Position numbers and translations under genes: made by a program. From NCBI RefSeq assembly GCF_000150275.1, contig NW_002060944.1, positions 1,784,911 to 1,848,910 on the forward strand: a stretch of DNA of 64,000 bases. Reading direction: 5' to 3'. The notes beneath the pieces were generated by a model that was given only the letters and a program-made list of their open reading frames with translations, was not told the origin of the DNA and did not search any database. The DNA comes from Trichoplax adhaerens. Its lineage: Eukaryota > Animalia > Placozoa. Below, in pieces: positions 55,252-64,000 of the stretch (position 1 is its first letter; every line of letters begins with the position of its first letter).

Positions 55252-58200
55252 ATGCAACCAAGAAATTCACAGGACTTGCGAATTGTCAAATTACAAAATA
55301 CGTTACATCAGCGCAATAAGCAGCTAGATAATGAAAAAAATCGTTTTCAAAGACTGAAAAAGGACTTCTTGTATAACCTACGACTCCTTGAAGACAGAGA
55401 TCGAGAACTTCAAAAGTATGATGCGTTGATATCTAAATCAAATTCTTCCAATTCATCAGTCTCTGCAGAAGCCCGTCAATTGAGGATTGATAATGACAGA
55501 CTGAAAAAGGAGCTAGCACAACAAGAATATGAACGCGAAAGACTGCAACTATTACATCATCAAAGGATGGAAGAGCAACAAGTAAAAATTAACGAACATC
55601 GCGAAGAAGCTGGAAAACAACTGCAGGAGGAGCGCAGGCATCATCGCTTACGTTATGAAGAGTTACAGCGTCAAATGATGAACTCAAGAAAATCAATGAA
55701 ACCAAATAATAGTCAAGCCTTTCGTTACTTTAACAGCGAAATCAAAAGAGATTTAGATAAAATGAAGCACACAGCGTTTGACACATGGGAAGGTAATCTC
55801 AATATTATACTAACCGGGCTTGGAATATCGAAAACGAGTATATTTGCTTCACTTGTGCAGTACAACTGCACATAATAAACAAGGATGAATTCAAAATATT
55901 TTTTTACTCATATTATTAAAGCCACATTTACATTTCAAGAAGTGTCCGCTAATGACGCAAATTCTCGCTTTAGGTAGCAGAAACTAAAATTATAAATATT
56001 AATTCACAATATTTGTAGCATTTGACAGAATGCTGCAGTACTGTAAGTGCACTCGTGCAGATTCACTAGTCAGCGTTTACTTGACTAGATAATCCAATCA
56101 AAACAAATTTCGTTGTAATTGACTGACTGCGATAGTGCCAGAAACCTTCAAGTTTTCAATTCTGCACAGCCTAAATTCCAGAATGCAACTCTGAAAATGC
56201 CTTATAGAACTTTATTATTAAAATTTCTTAGAATTATCAAAAATACAGTAACTGAGAGAATATAACATTAGTTGAAGTATTAAACATATATATAGTGTAA
56301 CTATTAGTAATCCAGAAAACATAAATTCTACATCAATTTTATAATTTTACTAACAGCTACTTTAAATATTAGATAAAAACCACTGCCATGTTGTCGAACA
56401 AAATGAGGAAGATATTGTACGATTGAAAGATCTCATTCAAAATAAAAATTGTGAATTAGACAATACCGTAAGGGCGAAGGACAATCGGTAATTTCATTTA
56501 CATTGTAATTATTTAACTACAACGCTAATACCGTATATCCAAGTTATCAATGCTCACGTAAATAAGAGGTACTCAAACTTACTAAAATGATAAAGGTAAA
56601 TTTATATCGTTTCCACTTTGATTTACTTCTTTGTAAGCATCTTCGAACTTGAATCTGAGATTAAGACATTGAAAAGTCACATTCGTAGAGTTCAAGAAGA
56701 TTTCTTAGAAAAGAATTCTTTAATGGATCAAACGCTTCAAGAAAGAGAACAGGTGATAGCAGAATTGACGAAAGCTAAGCATGGGATGGAAATGAAGTTA
56801 AACGAGAAAAACCTTAACCTAGAATTAAGCTTAGACGACGCAAAATTCGAGAAACTTCGCTTACAACGGGAATGTAACAGTCATACAGAACAAGCCCAAA
56901 ATGACAAAGTTTCGTAAGTAAACTCCTTTCCTAAGTATTTCGATAATTTTATTCACGAGTTAACGAACTATTGCAAAACTGTAGATGATAATTAATATCG
57001 GTTGCTTTTTGGTTATCACTTGTACGCGTATCAACAGTTTTCAAAAACAGATTGCTGGATATCAATGCAAAATGGCTGAAGCAGAGAAAGAATATGACGA
57101 TACAGTTTCTATATTAAAACAACGAATCTATTCCTTAACAAAGAACCAAAAACGGCTAGAATCAGAACGAGATATGTGTCGTAAAGATCTGGAATCTTAT
57201 CAATACAGTTTAGGTAATACTCTTAAATGTTTTATAACTCTCGCTAGTTTGAAAGAACAAGCAGAAATTGATTGGAAATTAAAGCTAGAGGAAATTAGTA
57301 CCACTTGCTACAATCGCCAGGAGGAAATATTTTCTGCCTTAATAAAAGCTAAAGACGAGGTGCAATTAAGCTTTATCTTCAAGCTATATCATAAGCTTAG
57401 AGTAGCTATACTGTAATATTGGAATAACCACTGTAACTTCAACAGTTAACATTTCCACATTTGATAATTGTAATTTGTAATTTGCAGACTTTAGCAATAG
57501 CTGAAAAAAGTCATAGTAAACTGCAACCAACAGATAGTCACTTACAAGCCATTACACGAAATCAGGACGGGTATGCTCAGAATAAAACTCAATAAGATGT
57601 TTAAAATTGGATTTCCTAAAATAATTTCGAAAGTAAACATTGGCTGACTACACTTAAGATATTTTTATAATATTTAGAACGTAAATTATCCATTACTTGG
57701 TGCTATCACTTTCAAAATTTATTATATATCAACTGTAGCAGTAGTCGAATTTGTACGCGAATTAACAAGTATTACACTGAATGATTCTCTTAGAATATAC
57801 AACAACACGCCAATCTTGCAACAAAATGAAATATTAAAATTAGTTATTAAAGAAATGCGATATGAAATGGAAGCACTTACTAAACGTTTAGCAGAATCAG
57901 GTGATACCTCTACTACAGAGCATTTACAGAACTCAAAAATCAACGAACTAAGATATCATGAGACGATTCAGACGACTCCAGGCAAGTATTCTTAGAACAT
58001 TTTTACACGATAACATATGTCAGTAAATTAACACATTGTTATTCTTATTAACCATGACTTAAACAAGAATGTATGCTGGCTTTGAAGAAACAAGTACATC
58101 AGCTGGAATCCCTTAATGATACCTTAATTAAAACTATTCGCGAACTGGTAGCTAATATAAATAACGAAGAAGAATATTCAATTGGCTCAGGGTCAGTTAA

Positions 58201-59485
58201 GCATCCGACGTGGAGAAATCTGACTGAGCTTCTACGTGATACAGTTGGTACGAAAGATGCTTGCAGTATTTAAAACCAAATCTCTGCCTAATGAAATTAA
58301 TCTCAATATTTGCTTTGATCACAGTTGTCAGTACATCCTACTTATTATTCATCAGTTATTCATTGATCATTTAGAAACGTTGGAGAATCGGATATTAGCA
58401 AGGGAAATTGAAGTTGAAACCGCGAATACTAAGGCAATTTTGTTACCAAGTACTCAACAGAAAATTCAGCATGATGTACGTAGCTACAGTCAGCTCGTAC
58501 TTTGTGATAGTCCTGAGGATTAATTTCCTGTTTATTACAGGCAGATCAACGGAACCTCTCAATTTGGCAAATGCGACGTGATAAGACTCTACAGCGTTAT
58601 CGATTCGCAGAGAGAGAAAAAATGCTAAGCCATCATATATCTGAATTGCAATCACAATCAATTGGAATACGGCACCAAGAATACAAAAATAAATGCAGCT
58701 TAATGTCGGTAAGATAACACTTTTCAAATTCATCTAATTATAAATATAAGAATTGAAGTATTCCGGGGTAAAGGTAACGTTACTAAACACCAGACTTGAC
58801 TTCGTCTTAGTCAACTGACGAACGTGATGTTAATCAAAGCATGTACACTCATAATAACATCAATGAAAAAATTGAAAAAAATTTGAGTTTGTTGCAATGC
58901 GAAAATAAGAAACTAAAAAAAAGGTTAGGAAAAGCGCTGAAGTATATTTCCCAATTAGTAAAGGAAAGGGAAAAACTTTTGGATGTTGGAAATAAGTTAC
59001 GTTATCGAGCAATTCAACAAGATCAAGAAATTGTCCAATTATCGGACGTTTCATCCCGGCACGGTGATAACTATTGGGCATCTGATCAGATAAAAGACTC
59101 AAAGACTGAACCAAAGACTGAACCAAAGACAAAATTACAGTGTTTGGAAGAGCTGCACTACAATATAGCTTCAGAAGAATTGCGTAACGAAAACAGAAAG
59201 ATCAAGGGTAAATTGATTAATCAACAATCAAATGATAATATAAACCTGAGCTCAATCTCTCATGGAATTAAAGAAGTTCTACAAGCTACGAATTCTGACT
59301 TCAATCAGGAAGAGAAGGCACGCTTTGAGGATTTTCCTATGAGTTATGAGCCCTCAGATAATGACGTCATAAGTTTTTTGAATAGTAATATATCTTCCGT
59401 AGACGGAGAAGATAAAATTTTGCAGTCACTGTGGCAGATGATCGATGATAATAGGGATACCAATTCTAGTACTTTCTCACCTTGA
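55252..59485 (+). CDS. CCDC57: Coiled-coil domain-containing protein 57 (centriolar/ciliary), multi-exon
   Basis: LKKDFLYNLRLLEDRDRELQKYD resembles the CCDC57 N-terminal LQEDFVYNLQVLEERDLELERYD block. Later blocks LKEQAEIDWK, LQQNEILKLVIKEMRYEMEAL and LKYISQLVKEREKLLDVGNKLR also match the family. Termini are approximate. Confidence 0.82.
59102..59130 (+). repeat. 12-bp coding tandem repeat (KTEP x2.4) in the last CCDC57 exon
   Basis: AAGACTGAACCA AAGACTGAACCA AAGAC. Confidence 0.8.
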
Positions 59486-61748
59486 GTCTTTAAGTACGTA
59501 TATACTGTACTTTGTGCCGAAATGAACCTTAACCCCGTTGTGCTTACACCTGTCGATGCTTTGATTATATGAAATTTACAGTAGAATAAAGCTCTTACAT
59601 TTAGTACCACTATTCACCATCCAATGCCATTATTTTATAATGTATGTAAATCATAAATATGGAAATTTGCAATGTGTAATATATTATTGTAGATAGAAAA
59701 TATCGTTCGCATTGGAAATTATTACCCTGCTTGGTTTCTCATTGCTGATAATAAAGATATAGTATATAATTAATACACTTGCTTTTATTCTTTTTAAGTA
59801 GCTGAAATGCTAGTGCAACTGGAGTTTGATTTATTGATTATGATATTGATGCGTTCGATAATAGTTTACGCTCTAGATATTTATTCCTGCTAAAATATAC
59901 GCGTATAATCAAGATTTAAGTTCAGTAGCCACATACTGACGTAATAAATTTTCTCTTAAATTATGACTTATAAGGAAACAGTCACATTCGAAATCATAGG
60001 CTACAGTGGAATATCGCTTTTCAGTAATTCCGGGATACATACAGTATATACCTTCCTATGAATTTAAAAATATCTAATGTAATTATGTATTAACTAATAT
60101 TAAAATTAACGTTGACGGCTATTACTAATGTTCACTACCTTATTCCGATTTGAACCGATACAAGACTCTGTTTCTCGACATTAAGCGCAAAGATATTTAT
60201 TTTTCAAGTACTGTACTCCGAAGCAGAGAAAGTATTCGATGTGTAACACTAACCATGAACCCTAACATTCATATCAAACAAGGCAGAACTTCCATCACTA
60301 TCTAAGCTTTAATAGTAAATCTAGCGGATCAATCTAACTGGAATATAATGGACTATAAAATACTACATAAAACCTTAAAAACAGCACGAAATTGTACTGC
60401 TACGTATAAAACGGTACAGTTTTGTCGTGATTAATTCATCAATTAAACTACTACGCTATAAACTAGAAGGTATCTAATTTACTCCGGAATCTCTAAATTC
60501 TTTTACTTTGCATTACTTCTGCCACTCACATAAAGCCTTTATCGGTGCAGTCGCCCAAATAATTATAAAACTTTATACGAGTCCTTAAAAATATACGTAC
60601 TGTAAGTAGCAGGTATTCAATGCGTGCGCACTGCTCATGCGAGATTTACAACCTCCATCAAGAAGCACAAGGATCAGCTTCAATAGAATTCGTATGCATA
60701 TCCACTAGATTATTGATAGAGTAAGTCTACCGAGATCATAGAAATAAATTAAACAGAATAGTTAATCGATTGTCATAGCCTTCAGTATTCACAAAAGAGT
60801 ATCAAACTGTGCCAGCCAGATATAAACGTAATGAAATCTCAATAACCGCTCTATAACAACAAAGTCTCATGTTAGCTCCTACGATTTAAATACCGAAGTG
60901 AACTGATAATATATTTTAATATGCTTCATATAAGCAATATACGAACATCTCACGATAAGCGTATCGATGCGACGATACGTGTTGATAATGGGCCTTTCTT
61001 ATTATTATTAATTCTTATTTAAACAATTAATAAAATATCCCTTTAATTAATAATCGTATTATCGTATACTACTTGTAGATGTTAAGATTGAATATCTCCA
61101 GCTTAGTCTATATAATTGATTTAAGCATTCGATATTTTGCTAACACAGAGAACTCTACTGGAAAAAATACGAAAATATGTTCGTTTAAATCATTTTGTAT
61201 ACCTACTGAGATGGAAATGAACGGTGCCTTGTTTGTATTCGGACGTGCTATAGAAAGTAAATGTTATGAATACGGTACAGTCAAGTTCATTCTCTAAATG
61301 TTAACTCTGAACAATAATGTTGTTATAAACCTATTGTTTCCAGTCAGAATTCACATATAAACCATCATTAATAATTTTCATCATTAGGGCTTTGCTACGC
61401 TAATACCAGTTACTGATATAACCGTTTCTCCTTGCACTATAGTGATTATAATTATAGCGATATTCTCTCTATTTACTGCATAATGGAAATTCTAATAACT
61501 TAAAATTGTAATTAAACTACTCAAAATTCTATTGTTTCATTATTACAATACTATTGGTTTCGTTAATTATAATAACATTGATCAAGAAATATACCGTATG
61601 ATCCATTTACTACCTAATTATGAAAAGAAAATCAATGAGTAATAAACTAATGAATACAAATAACAACAACTATTATCCTCTATTCGTGCATATATTCGAG
61701 GATAAAATTTGAGATAAAATTTCTCGATATCAAATTTTGATCAAAGTA

Positions 61749-62993
61749 ATGGACAGTTACCAATATCCCGATAAATCAAGATCTCAATACTATTTTAGGT
61801 AAAATGCCATACACAGTCGATAAAATCACTTGAACACCCATATCTGTGTAGATAAACTTATGCCTGATTAGTAAAATACACTGATCAAAATCAGAATTAT
61901 CATACTAGTGCGAAAGTTCTTTTTTACTAGCCCTTGAATATCTCTGATAGAAACGATCTTCATTAACTTATGTTTATCTATTTTTATGACTTTACAGAAG
62001 AGTTAGCTATGGTATAAGAAACTTTTTCTACGGTGATCTCAGCGATGATGATGAAATAAAATGGACCAGTCGTCGCATGCAACACTGTTTAAAATTTTGC
62101 GGAGATATCGATGTTGATAAGTTACTGGAATCAGACTTAAAAGAAATAACCAATCAAAGCCAACTCAACATGGAACCATCAACTCAACCCTTCGATTACC
62201 GTATCCGAACATCTCAAATTGGACGGCGTCATACTATGAAATCTTACCGAAGTTTTCGTAGGGTAGGAAATATGGGTCCACTGCCACGATCGTTTCATAC
62301 TGATAGCGAAATTGACAATGTCTTGCAACGTAAAGTTAGACGATCATCAGCAATACAAGTCACATATTCAAAAGTGAAAAAGTTGGTAAAAAACGTAAGT
62401 CTTGTCAACTCTGATATACTGTATAAGCAACTTTATGGAATAATTACAGCTGACTAGAAACGAAACATTTCCGAACAACTATCGTCTTTTACTGGGAGTA
62501 ACAGATGGAATAATTATTCTTAGAAATCGTCACACGATCGAGAATACAAAGTAGAAGAGGAACAAAACCTACGATTAAATGATGATATTGAGGTATTATC
62601 AGAATTGCCATCGAGTATCAGTAGTAACATCGTAGCTTAAGAGGATTAGTTTTAAGCTATTGATACTAAATATGTAAAACCATTTGTATTGGTTAGTATT
62701 ATCCATTAACGAAAGAAAAATTAAATAGTAATAAACGTAATTTTTTACCCATCATCCAAAATTTTAACATTGTAATACACATCTAAAATTTTTTTAAAAT
62801 TTAGCTAAAAGAATTAAATATAAAAGAACCAGCTTCCATGATAGCTAGCCAAGAAGAAAATCTTCAACGAAGTTTAGATGTTATTGCTGTAGATTCACAG
62901 CATTATTCATCTCCGCGGACTGCTGCTTCTGAAGATCAAATGGATACCTTCAGTATAGCCACTTATACAACAAATCAAAGTTCGGAAAGGTAG
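61749..62993 (+). CDS. Uncharacterised multi-exon protein (orphan; may continue past 63000)
   Basis: Phase-consistent exons 61749-61798 (MDSYQYPDKSRSQYYFR), 61998-62394 (contains ORF 62077), ~62524-62592 and 62805-62993, with GT-AG sites. No recognisable domain. Confidence 0.55.
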
Positions 62994-64000
62994 ATCTTAA
63001 AATAAAATTAATTTCATCTAGACGTATTAAAATAATTTAAATTAATTAGTATGAATGTTAACTAATCAATCCCTAATAAGAAAATATATGACAAAGCAAC
63101 ACATTCTATGAATGATCTTTGTAATATGTTTTTATTTACGGCTACTCATGGCTCGTAGCCCTCACAGTGAGGATCGTTATGTTCTCTAGTGCGACACTAG
63201 GTTAATCACGCAATACTGGGTTAGACACTGCAAAGTAGCCTGAAGCGTGGAGTCGACTTCTTTATTCTAATTCCTAGACATTACCGGTCTATCATACATA
63301 ACAAGGATGAACAGCTAAATATACCTGTTCTCTTATTACACGCGATCCTTGCCTTTAACTATTACATTAACATCTCAACTAATACCGTATGAGCAGCGTA
63401 CAGTACAGTACAGTACATTAGACCATACGAGAATATGATCTAGCGTACGTTATACAGCTATCTCCCATCGCAATAACGTCTAACGTACGTGTACAGTACC
63501 ATGTCCTAAATCTTTAGCCAAATTTGTAATAGTACGACCGTACTAGTAAGTTATTGCACAGGCCTTTCTTTATTGAATGCTTATTTCAAGTATGTGTGTG
63601 CAAATACAACTGGGTATCAAGGTGGTTACGTTTACTTATAATACCTTTTCTTGTAAGGCCTATCTAATCGGGTGATACAGTCATAATACTTAGTATGACA
63701 AAGTTTATACTGTACTATACTAAATTTGCATCTTAAGTTAGGTTTCTCAAAAAGTGAGATATTTTTTCAGATTTGCACGTCTCTTTGTTGTGCTTACTTC
63801 CAAGTGTCTTATGTGCAAATCCCTGGTTGTACTCTTTGTGGATCTGAACCTTCAAGCTAGAGAACGTGATTTTTCACACCTTAAGATACCACGATAATCA
63901 TAATTATAATTAGTGATTTGAGGGCAAAAAAATCACATTTATTGCTTTTAAGAACAATAACATAGTCTTATTGACGAATTTCTTCGCGTTGAAATAGTAA

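Overview
AT-rich, intron-dense, very gene-dense eukaryotic DNA encoding clearly metazoan proteins. The compact introns and gene set best fit a placozoan (Trichoplax-like); this is inferred, not proven. Manual splicing gives: NARS2 (+, 5' truncated), TOMM22 (-), NAA60 (+), REXO5-like (-), MAD1L1 (+), EXOC7 (-), WBP11 (+), FOXJ1 (-), an MRTF/myocardin-family RPEL gene (+), a Spinster-like MFS transporter (-), a 2-exon 98-aa secreted-peptide-precursor-like gene missed by the ORF track (+), RABGEF1 (-), CCDC57 (+) and an orphan gene (+). The first 13 genes strictly alternate strand. Each of the six head-to-head gaps, and none of the tail-to-tail gaps, carries a 0.3-0.6 kb array of the self-complementary pentamer GTAC[A/T], which is the main candidate for an undescribed promoter-marking system. 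Other notable items: a -1 frame break in FOXJ1 between the forkhead domain and the conserved C-terminal region, an AT-AC (U12-type) intron in NAA60, RFX X-boxes upstream of FOXJ1, a GC-AG intron in the MRTF gene, and EXOC7-FOXJ1 microsynteny with human 17q25.
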